Of a DNA stretch of 64,000 nucleotides, positions 1-12,785 are shown in pieces; the first letter of the stretch is position 1, and each line of letters opens with the position of its first letter. The notes below the pieces were generated by a model, which made no database searches, was not told the origin of the DNA, and saw only the letters and a program-made list of their open reading frames with translations. A program made the position numbers and the translations under genes. This DNA comes from Ascoidea asiatica JCM 7603. Taxonomy: Eukaryota > Fungi > Ascomycota. Location: assembly GCA_001600695.1 (NCBI GenBank), contig BCKQ01000001.1, positions 1,510,171-1,574,170 on the forward strand. Reading direction: 5' to 3'.

Positions 1-222
1 AGATATCAAACAACCAGCAAAAGTAATAGTTTTGCAAATGATTTAGAAAATCAGTCAGTCAATGAATCAAATAACTCAATCAATGAATCTAGAAACAAAT
101 CTATAATTAAGCCCAATAACTCTCTTAATGATTCTTCTATTAGTTCTATCAAAAATAGTTCAATCAATAATGACACTTCCAAAGACAATTCGATAGATGA
201 TCCCACTGATAATAAATTATAA
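1..222 (+). CDS. 3' end of a gene starting upstream of the window (Ser/Asn-rich tail)
   Basis: Frame 1 is open from base 1 (RYQTTSKSNSFANDLENQ...DPTDNKL) to TAA at 220-222, followed by AT-rich 3' sequence. Confidence 0.7.
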   Translation, partial: RYQTTSKSNSFANDLENQSVNESNNSINESRNKSIIKPNNSLNDSSISSIKNSSINNDTSKDNSIDDPTDNKL

Positions 223-1268
223 ATATAAAATAGAATTTAGCAAATATACTATAGATAATAAAGATGATATACAATATACCTGTAAAAATCAAATCGCTTT
301 TAAAATAAATTGATGATTTTAAATCCAAATTCAGAAATCCCCGATTTTATATATGTAAATTTTAATACTACTATTATCATGAAAATCATTGTCTTGTAAT
401 TGTTCCTGTTTTGAATATTTTTAAACTTTTTTCACCACACCTCTAGTGATAACGATTTCTCATAATAATTATATCTATGTTGTCAAGTGAAGATAAAGAA
501 CTTGTTATTTATTAAGGGTAAGCTTAATTCATTTCATGGTTGAACTGAAATTTTAGAAGTGTCTCGAAAAGAAAAATTGCTTTAATCTTTTACTTGACTG
601 TTATTGAATTTGTAAATAGCATATGTATTATTATATTTTCCATTTCCATTTTACTTATATTTCAGGTTACTAGCTTCCTGATTAATATCATCCTTCTGTA
701 ACGATTTTTTTCCTAATTGCTTTTTTTTCATTATAACAATTTTTTCAATAAATTTGTTTAACTTTTTAAAGAAGTCGAATAGAATTACCTATTTCATCGT
801 CAAACGAAGAAAACAATGAACTTAATAATAAAAAAAAGGTTGTTTATTCAATTGTTTCAAACAGAGAGGATTGAAAGAACACTGACAATTCGAATAAGCT
901 TTATAGTGTTATTTTGTCAGTATTGTTATTGTGCCCGTTTCGTTTGGAAGAAGCCAGGACAAATAATTAGGATCACCGTTGTTCCTTATATAAATATTCC
1001 GTCCTGAATTTAACGGAAAAGTTTAATACAGTTCTTGTGAGAAGAAATTCATGAATCATTGATAGATTCTTGAATCAAATATTCAATTGAATGTCATATC
1101 CATATCATATTCAGATCATATTCATATCGTATTCATGTTAATGTTTATTTAGATTAATTTGGTTTCATTATAAATTGATTTTATTGATTATAAACTGTTT
1201 TTTATTTTTTAAAAAAAGGATTTCTAAAATAAAATAGAAAAAATAACAACCGATAATTATTATCAATA

Positions 1269-2600
1269 CTAATCAGCATATTCTTCCCATCCATCAGGTT
1301 TCTTTAATTTGTTAACTGTAAAAAATTTATTAACGCAACTATAACCTTTCCAGGTAAAATCATCTTTTGGATTACACATACATTTATTTGCAGTTCTAAT
1401 TTCTTTATTAACAGGACAATTATGAAATGGAACATGATAATAACCAACATCACCAAAAAAATGAATTTGATCCTTTGGTAAAAATAATGCAGCTGCAATT
1501 GAATGAACTGGTGCATCACCCCATCTTTCATAAAAAAAACCACCATTTTTATCAAGATATGTGAAATAATCAATATATGCTTGTGATCTCCAAAATGCTA
1601 ATGAACCAACTTCAAAATTTGACCAAAAATGACATCCATTATATGTGTTACCACCATCATCAGAAACAAAATCCATTGCGTTATCTTTTGGTAAATATTC
1701 TGGATGTTCTTTGATGAAATTTCTTGTAGTATCCCATAATGTTGGGATTGTTTCTTTATATTCTGGTAATGAAATTGTAAATCCATAAACTTTATTATTA
1801 TCTCTCATAAATTTAAAAATATCATAATCAATATCACAATAAATTTTAATATCTGGTTCAACTCTCCAATACCATTCATATTCCATCATTAAATCATGTC
1901 TAAAAAAAAATCCAGATTCATATCTACACATATGTCTATAAGATATTGAATCTCCATAAATAATTTTTCTTTGTTTCATATCTTCTCTGACTGCTGCTGC
2001 TTTTTCTGTGTCGATCCATTCTGGAAAACTCCATTGTTCTTTATCAATTAATCCATATTTAGTTTTACCTGATACTAGAGTTGTTGTAACTCTTTTGAAT
2101 TCTTCAGAAAATTCATCATCATTTAAAAAAACCCAATCATAATGAAATTTATGATTAAATCTATCTTCAACGTTTCTAATTGATTGAACTATACTCCATA
2201 AATCAGAATTTCTTGCTAATGTTACAAATGTTGCTTTTAATCTATCTTCAACATTAACACCTAATTCTGGAGCTTTAACTTTTGTAAAACCATCTTTATC
2301 AGTAAATTGTCCAACTGAATTAGTTACTGGAGTTGTAATTTTTTCTTTTTCTTTTTCTTTATTATCATCTTTAACTTGATTAGTTGAATCTGCAGGAGTT
2401 CCAGCTCCTGCAACGGGATCTGCTATTTTTTCGTCTCCAGTAGCTGCTTTAGTTTCTGTAGTTGAAGTTAAGCTTGAGCTACTTGGTAATTTAGATACAA
2501 CATATGCAGATCCTGAACCTTTAGAAAGTATAAAAGCACATAGCATTAACCCACAAACAAAGACTGCGAATCTAATTAATCTAGCATTAGATCTAGCCAT
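1269..2600 (-). CDS. MNT1: Golgi alpha-1,2-mannosyltransferase, GT15 (Kre2/Mnt1/Ktr1 family)
   Basis: Type II signal anchor (RSNARLIRF, like C. albicans Mnt1) and GT15 motifs [40 protein letters not shown]. Confidence 0.92.
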   Translation of the reverse strand: MARSNARLIRFAVFVCGLMLCAFILSKGSGSAYVVSKLPSSSSLTSTTETKAATGDEKIADPVAGAGTPADSTNQVKDDNKEKEKEKITTPVTNSVGQFTDKDGFTKVKAPELGVNVEDRLKATFVTLARNSDLWSIVQSIRNVEDRFNHKFHYDWVFLNDDEFSEEFKRVTTTLVSGKTKYGLIDKEQWSFPEWIDTEKAAAVREDMKQRKIIYGDSISYRHMCRYESGFFFRHDLMMEYEWYWRVEPDIKIYCDIDYDIFKFMRDNNKVYGFTISLPEYKETIPTLWDTTRNFIKEHPEYLPKDNAMDFVSDDGGNTYNGCHFWSNFEVGSLAFWRSQAYIDYFTYLDKNGGFFYERWGDAPVHSIAAALFLPKDQIHFFGDVGYYHVPFHNCPVNKEIRTANKCMCNPKDDFTWKGYSCVNKFFTVNKLKKPDGWEEYAD

Positions 2601-3651
2601 TTTTGAATTAAATTAAGTTAACTTAATCTCTTCTAATATTTATCTTGAAATATATTACAATTTGATTTTTTTTTTCTAAAGAAGAACGAATTCTTTCAAA
2701 TAGCGAGACAATTCAATAGAATAAGATAATAATAATAATAATATAATTAGAGAACTGAAAAAATGCTTTGATATTGAAAAAAGGATATTGGAGTATTGAG
2801 TCAATTCAATAAATATTCAAAAATTTATACTTTTGATAACACGTTAATAAGAAATTACAAAGATTTGATGATTTCACCTCTGAGTTTGAAATTGAGCTTG
2901 CGCTTGTTGTGAATTGTGATTTTAACGTTAACGTTCTTCTGACATTTCTTTTCAAAGCCTAGCACGATACCACTCAGCAATGGCTTTTCCTTCAAGGCTT
3001 GGAGGAGACCCGCACAACTGGCTTCTTTTTGGAGACAAGGCCTGAAATTGAAGAAAAAAAGAAAGAAAAGAAAAGGCCTTGATGCAAACTTCGGGTCACG
3101 TTAAAAAAACGTATGGAAAGCGTACAACAGAATTTCCACGCATGCTCCTTGATTCTATAAATAAAACCACAATAACTCTCAAAAATATTAGAAATATGAG
3201 AAATATGAGAAATTATTTAAAAATAATGCAGTAATAACTAGGCTATGAAAATATCAACGAAGAGAAATAATATCAAAAGCCTCCAATTTCTAAAAAAAAG
3301 CTAACAGAATTACGATCTTTTTTCAAGAAATATGACAATATGCATTTTGGCTCTCAGACAGATAAATTATTTTTCAAATATTGTATGTGGTTGAAATTAT
3401 GCCAAACTGTAATTTAACTGAAAACCAATATCTATTTGAAAAAAAATCACAAATGTAAACAAAAACAATAAACAATAAACTCTTAATTAACGTAATATAT
3501 AAATCATTCTATAATTTATATCCTATAAATAAATGATTGAGTAAATAATAAGTGAAATCACAGAAGAGAGGAAAAAAACTACTTTTAAAAAAAGTTAACA
3601 AACTAAATAAAAAAATAAAGAATGTAGAAAAGTTATCTTAAATTATTGAAA

Positions 3652-3780
3652 TGAAGGAATGAGTGAAGGAATGAATTAATGAATGAATGAATAAATAAAT
3701 GAATGAATGGATAAATGTATAAATAAACGAATGAATAATTAAATAAATAAATGATTAAAAAAAAATAAATAAAAAAATAA
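3652..3780. repeat. Degenerate (GAAT/AAAT)n microsatellite in the CLA4 3' region
   Basis: gaatgagtgaaggaatgaattaatgaatgaatgaataaataaatgaatgaatg... Confidence 0.8.
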
Positions 3781-3876
3781 GTAACAAATGAATTTAAATG
3801 GAAAACAATTGAAGCAGCACACTTTATTTTAAAAAAAAAAATTTTAAATAAAAAATATGAGAAAACAAATTTTCAA

Positions 3877-6800
3877 TTAACGAGCGCCCTGAAATTCCAT
3901 TCTTTTGAAATTTAATAATGGTGCTAATCCTGTAATCGGACATGCCTTTTTGATAAAATTTTGGCTTAATAATTCATCTGCTGTTGCTCTACCACGAGCA
4001 TCAACACATAAACAAATTGAAAGAAATCTTTTAATTGCTTCACTTAATTCATTTGGTCTTTTTAATCTTGGTGTACCATTTTTTGCAATTAAATATAAAG
4101 CTCTTAAATGATCTTCTTCTAAATATGGTGGTTCTCCTTCAATCATTTCAATTATCATTATACCTAATGACCAAATATCAACTTTTTCATCATATTGTTT
4201 CTGTTTAATAACTTCTGGTGCCATCCAATATGGTGTACCTACAATTGTAACTCTTTTACTCTTTTGTTGAGTTAATTTTGCACAATATCCAAAATCCGTT
4301 ATTTTAACATTTCCATCAAAATCCATTAAAATATTATCTGATTTAATATCTCGATGTATAATATGTCTTTGATGTAAAAATTTTAACCCTTTTATAGTTT
4401 CTAAAGTAATTGAAGAGATTTGTGGTTCAGTTAATTTTTTATTTTTTTCAATTACATCTGTTAATGCTCCACCCTGCATGAATTCCATTATAACCCATAA
4501 TTCCAGATTTCCTCTTAAATATGCTTCAATAAAATTAACAATATTTTTATGTTGAGAATTTTTCATAACCAAAATTTCATTAACAATCAAATCTTTCTTT
4601 TGTTGTTCAGCTAAATTCATTTGTTTAATTGCAACTTTTTTACCATTTCTTTTTAATGAAGATGCAAGATAAACTGTACCTGAAGCTCCTTGACCTAATT
4701 TTTCAACTAGATGGAAGTATGGTTTAGGATCCGTATTTATAGTAACTGATCTTAACTTAATCATAATTTCTTTTTCACTCAATGTTGATAATCTTCTCTC
4801 TTCTTTAGTCTTGGTCATTGCATGTGCATTACTATGACTATCTTTAGGTATGGGTGTTAAATCTTTCAATGTATCTCCTAATCCTGCTTTTTGATGTTGG
4901 TGTCCTTTTGGTCCATTATTATTGTTATTTTTAACATTACTAGTAGGAGTAGCAATATTACTTTTTAGGCCATTATTATTTTTATTGCCGTTGTTATTAT
5001 TATTTATATTCTGATTTATATTATCATTCTTCTTTTCAATATTTGAATTACTATTTTTAACTAGATTATTTTTACTTTCCTCATTATAATTTTGTTGATC
5101 AATATATTGATCAGGTTTCTTTTGAATGACGGAAGCTCCTCTAGAAGATGATAATGAAGATGACTTGGATGATTTTTGCTCAACATCAACTTTTCTAAGC
5201 GATTGAGATGAAGGCGAATTAAATTTATCATTTGAATAAACACTAATTGGAGTTAAATCTGCTGCAGGATAATCTGGACTTGAATTAATATTGTGTTGTT
5301 CATTGGAATATTTATCTTTGTTAAATCCTGTTTTTAATTTCAAACTCGGAGGAGTTGATTGTTGTTGTTTCAAGGAATTAAACTGAACTTGATTTAAACC
5401 AAATTTATCTAAGGAAGGCTTTCTAGGTAAACCAGGTTGAGATTGATTTCTTGGTAAATTTTGTGGTGGTGCAGGAGCTCTTCTCATTGGAACTAAATTT
5501 CCATCATTATTTGTGTTATTAACAGGACGAGAAACATTTTGATTTCTTAGGTTAGAAGGAGGTATAGGTGCTTTTCTAACAGGAGTAAAATCATCTAAAG
5601 TATCAGCTCTCTTTGGAATTTTACTTGATTTTGAGGAAGGAGGTTTTGACCATTCAGTTAATTTTTCATTTAAGAAATTATTTCCATCAATTGGAGATTT
5701 TCCACCATCTAATAAATTTGGCATAACTGGAGCTTTATCATCATCTTCATTATTACTTTCAGTGAAAAATTCTAAAGCTTCTATAACAGCGGTTGGATCT
5801 TCAGACCAATCATCATCAGTAATTTTTGAAGATTTAAGTAAAGTTTTCCAAGTATCTGGTAAACCTGTTAAATTTCCTGAATTTGGATCAAAACCAACAT
5901 GAACAGTATGAGTAAAATTAGTTGGACCAGAAACACCAATTGAAGGTTTTTTAAATTGATTTGAATTATTATTATCATTAGAATTATTATTTTTAAGTTG
6001 ATTTTTTTTTCTATCAATATTTGCTTTTATTGCTTTATTTATTTCTTCAATCCATTTAATTATATCATTAGAATTTGATTTAGTTGAAATAAATAAAGAT
6101 TTTTCATTTGATTTTAAAATTATTTGAAAAGAATCATTTCTTGAACCATTTTTTAAAACATCTTTAATTGAAGATAATTTTAATTCAATGAATATTAAAT
6201 TATCACTATTAAAATAATCTATACCATCAATTGTACCATCATTTGTATTTATATCTGGATTTGAAAGATTTTTAATTTGAATTGCAGGATTGATATTTGA
6301 AGTATTTGATTTTGTAATTTTATAAAAAATTAAATCAGTTTTTGTTAAAATTAAAAATTTTTTTGACCATTTTGAAAATAATAAACCATCTTCTTTAATA
6401 TATATGTACCCTTGATGAATAATTGATCGACTTAATGGACTTAAAGTAATTGTTTCACCAGTTTCTTTTGGGGTTATAGTTAAAGGATCATTAAATGATA
6501 AATTACTATTATTTAAAGTTGAATTATTTGAAGATATATTATTTGCAAATTTTTTTGTAAAATCTGAAGAATTATTACTATTATTATTTTTATTATGGAG
6601 ACTATTATTATTTACAGTTGAATCAGAATCACTAATTGTATAATTTGAAGTTGAAAGAGTGGAATTACTATATTTACTTGATAAAGAAGATTCACTTCTT
6701 AAATTTTTTAAAGCTGGAGGTCTAATTGGAGGATTAAAATCATTATATGAGGGTTTTTTATTTACTATTGGAGAAGATAAGTTTGTTGTTGAATTTGAAC

Positions 6801-6993
6801 TTGAATTTGAATGATTATAAATATCATGATTTATACTAGAATTAAAACTTGCATTAGAACTTGGATTAGAATTTGAATTAGAGTGTTTTGAAGATATAGT
6901 TGGAGAATTAATTGGAGGCATATAACCTCTTTTTGGATCTAAAGTTGAAATATAACTTGAAGAAACATTTGAATTGAATTGATCAAAAGACAT
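3877..6993 (-). CDS. CLA4: PAK-family kinase with PH, CRIB and kinase domains
   Basis: PH domain (HQGYIYIKEDG...WSKKFLIL), CRIB (VSGPTNFTHTVHVGFD), kinase (GQGASG, HRDIKSDN, GTPYWMAPEV). The PH domain distinguishes Cla4 from Ste20. Confidence 0.93.
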   Translation of the reverse strand: MSFDQFNSNVSSSYISTLDPKRGYMPPINSPTISSKHSNSNSNPSSNASFNSSINHDIYNHSNSSSNSTTNLSSPIVNKKPSYNDFNPPIRPPALKNLRSESSLSSKYSNSTLSTSNYTISDSDSTVNNNSLHNKNNNSNNSSDFTKKFANNISSNNSTLNNSNLSFNDPLTITPKETGETITLSPLSRSIIHQGYIYIKEDGLLFSKWSKKFLILTKTDLIFYKITKSNTSNINPAIQIKNLSNPDINTNDGTIDGIDYFNSDNLIFIELKLSSIKDVLKNGSRNDSFQIILKSNEKSLFISTKSNSNDIIKWIEEINKAIKANIDRKKNQLKNNNSNDNNNSNQFKKPSIGVSGPTNFTHTVHVGFDPNSGNLTGLPDTWKTLLKSSKITDDDWSEDPTAVIEALEFFTESNNEDDDKAPVMPNLLDGGKSPIDGNNFLNEKLTEWSKPPSSKSSKIPKRADTLDDFTPVRKAPIPPSNLRNQNVSRPVNNTNNDGNLVPMRRAPAPPQNLPRNQSQPGLPRKPSLDKFGLNQVQFNSLKQQQSTPPSLKLKTGFNKDKYSNEQHNINSSPDYPAADLTPISVYSNDKFNSPSSQSLRKVDVEQKSSKSSSLSSSRGASVIQKKPDQYIDQQNYNEESKNNLVKNSNSNIEKKNDNINQNINNNNNGNKNNNGLKSNIATPTSNVKNNNNNGPKGHQHQKAGLGDTLKDLTPIPKDSHSNAHAMTKTKEERRLSTLSEKEIMIKLRSVTINTDPKPYFHLVEKLGQGASGTVYLASSLKRNGKKVAIKQMNLAEQQKKDLIVNEILVMKNSQHKNIVNFIEAYLRGNLELWVIMEFMQGGALTDVIEKNKKLTEPQISSITLETIKGLKFLHQRHIIHRDIKSDNILMDFDGNVKITDFGYCAKLTQQKSKRVTIVGTPYWMAPEVIKQKQYDEKVDIWSLGIMIIEMIEGEPPYLEEDHLRALYLIAKNGTPRLKRPNELSEAIKRFLSICLCVDARGRATADELLSQNFIKKACPITGLAPLLNFKRMEFQGAR

Positions 6994-8063
6994 TATTAGA
7001 AAAAAAAGTTATAAATATAGAGTTTGATAATTAAGCGCTATGACTTAATTATAGATTGATAAATATTATATTTTTTTCAATTTGTAGTAGGAAAAAATAA
7101 AAGAAAACTAAAATTAAAGGAAATCTGAGCTTTCTATAATGATTTTCAAAAACTAAATATAGAGGAATGAAAATAAATTGAAATTGGAAATGATTGAATT
7201 GAGTAATAAGAACAGAAAGATGATTTTATTTGATTGAAGTATTATATTTTTCAATTATTTCAGTAATTTGAAAATATAAGATAAGATATAATAACTCTGT
7301 AATCAATTGCGAACATATGATAATTCAAGATTTAATAGTTAATGAAAAATGTGAATAATATCCAAGTCTATGATAGATTTTTGAATTGAATTCAGTCTGT
7401 TTGTAGTTTGAGAAAAATGAAAAAAATAAAATAATTTAAAAATGATTGATACTATTGACGTTTCCTTCAGTTTTTCAAAGATGTAATAATTTTTTTTTCA
7501 ATATATTTATAAAATAATTGACTCAAATTTAAAATTAAATTTTGTAACTGAAAATAAAAATTAAGTTAATGCTTATGATGGTAATAAAAAAAAGAATCTT
7601 TATTTTAATGGAATCTAAATTTAAAAAAGAAAAATTCTCATTATTCTTCCAAACCAGAAATTATAGAATGAGGAAATGTTATTGGTAATTGGATGTCCTG
7701 TGCTCGTTGGCTGTGGTAAACTTGGTAAATTTGGTGAACTTGATGGGCTTGGGTCTTATCTCATACCAAAGAAAAGTTCAAGAATGAATTGATCCCTAGA
7801 TTATCTCTCTGCTTCCTTTATTTCCAAACATATCAGACATCTTTTGGGACTCGACGTTTCAACGTCCCTTGGAATATTTCACATTTTAGTTTACAGTTGA
7901 TTTCTGAGCTTTTGAACATTTGTTGTTCTGAATGGAAATTACAAACAACTTCCACATTTTCCATATTTTCCTATTTTCAGTCTCCACGAATTTTCATGTT
8001 TTGCTGCTTGGTGGCTCATTGCTGCCGAATGCGCGGAACCGCAGTCTCAGCAAACTATGCGGC

Positions 8064-8090
8064 ACGCGTCCATAAGCAAAAACGCGCAAA
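8064..8090. promoter_or_regulatory. MCB element ACGCGT (8064-8069) plus ACGCG (8082-8086) in the GC-rich part of the CLA4/TPO5 divergent promoter
   Basis: Exact motif matches; function inferred. Confidence 0.4.
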
Positions 8091-9070
8091 GGAACAAGCC
8101 TAGAGGTGTATATTACGTAATCATATTATTTGAACCAATATTCATTTTTTCGGTAATGCAGCGGAGGGTGCTTTCCCGCAATAGCTTTTTGAACCTTTAA
8201 AAATATCGAAGCTTTTCATTTCCTGTTTCTAAACCACAAAGAAAAATACTTCTTTTGCTTTGTTTGATGTTTGCTATTAATCTAGAATAAACAACTTGTT
8301 GGATAATATATGGTTCCATATTAAGAAAAGAAAGATAAATTATCCCCCAAGGTTTTATTTAATGATTTAACTTCATAATAAATGAGGTTTTGGATGTGGA
8401 GTTTTAATATATTTTGAAATTGTTTGTTGAGATTATTGTAAAGTTCTTTTTTTGATTTGTTTTGATTTGAATATTACTAGATATTTAAAACTACCATAAT
8501 TCTTGATGTATATCTCTAAATCCCAGAGTTTTCTTCAAAATCTCTAATTATTCTTTAATTACTGCACATAAATATATGAAAATAATTTTAATGATGAAAT
8601 AAAATGTAAAAGAAAAAAGCACCTTTGTCTTTCAGAATTTTAGTAAATTTCAAATTACGGATTCTTTTCACAAGCAACTTCCCTATTTTTGCAGGGTAAC
8701 TTGTCTGCTCTTTTCATCAGCCATGTTACGTAATCAATGTCCCAATTGTTAACATATTCTGTAAATTTAACTTTTTGAAGGCATTTTTGATAATTATTAG
8801 AATTTTGAGCTCAATATTTAGTTTAACTAAAGCTTTAATCAATGTAAAGTAAATTGAGTAAAAATAAAGAAAAGAATTATGTTTTGAAAATTTGGTTCAA
8901 AGCTAATAATTTTAATTTAATGGTAAATATTCATGAACTCTAGAATTTAATCTATCCAATCCATTCAAGAACAGAATAAAAAAAAGGTTATTCCTTTGCT
9001 AAAAATAATTTTTTTTTTCGGTTTTTGCTAGAAAAACTGGGGATTGAAAGGTGTACAATAATCACCAATT

Positions 9071-11149
9071 ATGGCTAATACATCCTATAACCCATTAAAC
9101 ACAAATCAAAATAATGATAGTGAGGAAATTGAAGTTGGACATTTTCGTTATCATCAAGATCTTGATCGAAAATTAACTCTAAGTTCTCTTTTGGGTCTTG
9201 CATTTTCTGTTATGAGTGTTCCTCTTGGAATTTCAACTCAGATGTACAATGGTTTAATTGACGGGGGTGCAGTAACAATATTATATGGTTGGATAATTTG
9301 CACTTTTTTTTCTTTTATTGTTTCTTTGTCACTTGGTGAAATGTCCGGAAAGTATCCTTCTGCTGGAGGAATTTATCATTGGTCTTATATTTTTGCTAGT
9401 GAGAAATACAATTTATTATGCTCATTTTTTTGTGGTTGGTTACTATTAATTGGAAATTGGTTAATGTCATTATCAATTCTTTTTTCAGGATCCCAATTTC
9501 TCTTATCTATATTTGGAATTGCAGATACGACTTATCATCCTCATAGTTATGTCACTTTATTAGTATTTTGGATTTTAGTATTATTATGTGGTTTAATAAA
9601 TTTGAAATTCCCAAAGTATTTGGATATAATCAATAGAGTTTGTATATTTTGGACGATATACACTGTTCTCATAATAGATATTTTGCTATTATTTTTTGCT
9701 CCAACTTTTCATAATTTCAAATATGTTTTTACAGAATTCGATTCGACAAGATCTGGATGGCCTGCTCCAATTGCTTTTATTGTGGGTCTTCAACAAGGTG
9801 CTTTTACATTACAAGGATTTAATTTAATTCCAACAATGGCAGATGAAGTAAAAGAACCTGAAAAAAATGTTACAAAAGGTATGATTTTCTCTGTAATTGT
9901 TGCAGGTATAACTGGTTTAATATTTATAATTCCAATAATTTTCATATTACCTGAATTAACTTTACTTTTAGATGATGAATCAAATATTTTACCAATTGAA
10001 TTAGTGTTCAAAATATCTTCCAATTCATTAATAATATCTTTTTTACTTGTAATTTTATTATCGGGAACGATTTTATTTGGTGGTATAAGTATTTTTACAG
10101 TTGCCTCAAGATCTGTTTATTCATTATCAAGAGATAATGGATTACCTTTTTCTGAATTATGGACAAAAGTTTCACCAGATAAAGATAAAAATACAATACC
10201 TAATAATGCTATATATCTAACAACTGTTGTTTTGTTTTTAGCAGGTTTTTTATCCTTGATATCTCCTTCAGCATTTGGAGCATTTGTTGGATCTGCAGTT
10301 GTTTGTTTATCTAGTTGTAATATAATTCCAATAATTTCATCTGTATTAAATAAAAGGAAAAAACTTAAAGGTAGTTTTTTCAGATTAAGATCATTTGGAT
10401 ATATTGTAAATATAATTTCAGTTTGCTGGTCATTATTACTTCTTTTTGTATTTTCCTGTCCTCCAAAGATTCCAGTTACTCCATTAACAATGAATTATTC
10501 AAGTGTCTTTTTTGTAGCGAATTTATTGTTAATTTCATTACTTTATTTATTTTATGGTAGAAAACATTTTCATGGTCCATTAATTGAACTAAAAGAAAAT
10601 GAAATTAATCAAACTGCAAATGAATACAATCATATTGGTAATAATACATCGGAAGAAGATTCAATCATATTTGAAGCTCCTATAGAAAATAGAATTGAAA
10701 ATCCATTTGAACAAACAAATGAAAATGTATCAGATAGTCATAGAGATAATATACCATTACAAAATATTTCATTATCCACTATACCCGAAATACCCTCTTC
10801 ACCTATAAGTATTCAATTAGAAAATGAATTTGATAGTGATATAGAAAGTGTATTAAGTATAGATAGTGATTTTGATAATCCAATACCAAATAATGATGAT
10901 AATTCAACTTCACTAAAAAACAGATCAGCTAAATCAATCAATGATTCTTCAAAAATACTGAAAAGTAGTTCAAAGACCAATATTCTTACTGATTTTAATA
11001 ATAAATCAAATAATTTAGGCTATAAAATAGGGTCACCAGATTCTGAAACAGGAAATGAATCATCCTTTGTTTACATTAGTTCAGGATCTAATGTACATAT
11101 ACCTTTGGTAAATAACAATTTTTCAAATAATTTAAAGGAAAAGAAATGA
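9071..11149 (+). CDS. TPO5: APC-family amino acid/polyamine transporter
   Basis: About 12 TM helices. Matches remembered Tpo5 segments: GWLLLIGNWLMSLSILFSGSQ, QQGAFTLQGF...ADEVKEPEK, SRSVYSLSRD. Long acidic C-tail. Confidence 0.82.
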   Translation: MANTSYNPLNTNQNNDSEEIEVGHFRYHQDLDRKLTLSSLLGLAFSVMSVPLGISTQMYNGLIDGGAVTILYGWIICTFFSFIVSLSLGEMSGKYPSAGGIYHWSYIFASEKYNLLCSFFCGWLLLIGNWLMSLSILFSGSQFLLSIFGIADTTYHPHSYVTLLVFWILVLLCGLINLKFPKYLDIINRVCIFWTIYTVLIIDILLLFFAPTFHNFKYVFTEFDSTRSGWPAPIAFIVGLQQGAFTLQGFNLIPTMADEVKEPEKNVTKGMIFSVIVAGITGLIFIIPIIFILPELTLLLDDESNILPIELVFKISSNSLIISFLLVILLSGTILFGGISIFTVASRSVYSLSRDNGLPFSELWTKVSPDKDKNTIPNNAIYLTTVVLFLAGFLSLISPSAFGAFVGSAVVCLSSCNIIPIISSVLNKRKKLKGSFFRLRSFGYIVNIISVCWSLLLLFVFSCPPKIPVTPLTMNYSSVFFVANLLLISLLYLFYGRKHFHGPLIELKENEINQTANEYNHIGNNTSEEDSIIFEAPIENRIENPFEQTNENVSDSHRDNIPLQNISLSTIPEIPSSPISIQLENEFDSDIESVLSIDSDFDNPIPNNDDNSTSLKNRSAKSINDSSKILKSSSKTNILTDFNNKSNNLGYKIGSPDSETGNESSFVYISSGSNVHIPLVNNNFSNNLKEKK

Positions 11150-11873
11150 TGATAATATTCAGCTAATTAAACCAATATTACAATGAGTTTAAGGAAGTAG
11201 CTGTTTTTCATTTTCAGTCAGCTATTCACACTTGTAATATGAACAATAATCAAAAATATACTTCAAACCCATAACTCACAGGATGAAGTTGAATACCAAA
11301 AACAAAAAAATTTCAAAAGAAAATAAATCAAGGGAAAGTTAATTAGCTCATATTTTGTTTTGTTGTAAATATATTTTGTAAAATTTTGTTTTTTAACCTT
11401 TTTTTAATAATTTCTTAAATTCTCTCGCTGAAGAATTCAACACTCGGATTATATTCTATTATTTGTACCTTTAATATTTTATTTATTCATGAATAAAAGA
11501 CTTTTTTCTAGAAAACTGTATTTTTTATAAATGATTGTAAGTTAAAGATGTTACAGTTACCGGTTAGCGGATAAGAATTTCTAGGCATTATTGACTTCTT
11601 AGATCGATTGATGGCAAATTCATCCAACATTTATTGAAATAAATTTAAACAGGGTAACCATTTACTCTACTGAAAATATTTTTAGAAAGTATTATTTAAA
11701 AAATATTAAAACTAAGCAGTAGCGGCATTGAATTAAATATACTGTATTAAACAATTATAACTATTTTTTTAACAATTAATATTATCAAAATAATCTATAA
11801 TATCAAAAATAATTATAGTATAGTAATAGCTTAATAGTTAATAGACTTTGTAATTATTTAAATATATTTAAAG

Positions 11874-12785
11874 ATGTCTGAAAGAAAAGGTGTACAGAAA
11901 TATTATCCTGCAGATTTTAATCCGCAAGATGTTCGAAAAATGAGTAAAAAATTAAAACTAAAACAAAAAAAAGATAAAGATAATAAATTTCAAGTTCAAA
12001 CTGTTAGATTAATGGTTCCATTTACTATGAGTTGCTTAAAATGTAAAGAATTTATACATAAAGGTAAAAAATTTAATGCCAAAAAAATTTCAACTGATAA
12101 AACATATCTTAATATAAAAATAATTCAATTACAAATAAGATGTCCAGTATGTAATAATGAAATACGATATAGAACAGACCCTAAAAGTGCTTTTTACATA
12201 ATGGAATCTGGTGCAGAAAGAAATTACATTCCAACTAATAATACTAGTGAAGTTTTCAAAAGTGAAACAATGGAAGAAACTTTAGAGAGATTAGAAAAAG
12301 AAGAGAAAGAAGAAGAAGAAAGAAAAAAAGAATTGAAAGAAAAAGGAATAAACGGTGTAAGTATCAATAAAAATAAAGCAGTTGAAAAACTTCAAGAAAA
12401 ATTAAAATTAAATGAAGAAATAGAAAAAAATCAAAATGATTTAAATGATATTTTACAAGAAAATAAGAAAAGAGAGGATAACATTAATTTAAATAAAGTG
12501 AATTTGGACTTAAAAGAAAAAAAAGAAGAAAACTTAAAGAATTTAGATAAATTTGATGATTTATATACAAAAAAAATGTTTGAGAAAAAAAAAATTGATT
12601 TTGGGAAATTTGAAGATTTTAAAACTAAATCGATTTCAAAAAATGGTTCTACGATGAATAATTCCTTCTCAAACACTATCCCAAAATCATTTCCTAATAA
12701 ACCAAAACAAGAAATTTCGAAAACAGTGATTGGTATGAAGATTAAAAAGAAATTTACACTTAAAAAAAGAACCAAAATGTTATGA
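11874..12785 (+). CDS. YJU2: Splicing factor Yju2/Cwc16 (CCDC94)
   Basis: MSERK...KYYPADF N-terminus, VRLMVPF, CxxC...CxxC zinc site, RTDPK. Confidence 0.92.
   Translation: MSERKGVQKYYPADFNPQDVRKMSKKLKLKQKKDKDNKFQVQTVRLMVPFTMSCLKCKEFIHKGKKFNAKKISTDKTYLNIKIIQLQIRCPVCNNEIRYRTDPKSAFYIMESGAERNYIPTNNTSEVFKSETMEETLERLEKEEKEEEERKKELKEKGINGVSINKNKAVEKLQEKLKLNEEIEKNQNDLNDILQENKKREDNINLNKVNLDLKEKKEENLKNLDKFDDLYTKKMFEKKKIDFGKFEDFKTKSISKNGSTMNNSFSNTIPKSFPNKPKQEISKTVIGMKIKKKFTLKKRTKML

Noticed and set aside
1269-2600. Functional link between KRE2/MNT1 (killer-resistance gene family) and the toxin relic
   Set aside because: They are 45 kb apart with many unrelated genes in between; most likely coincidence.
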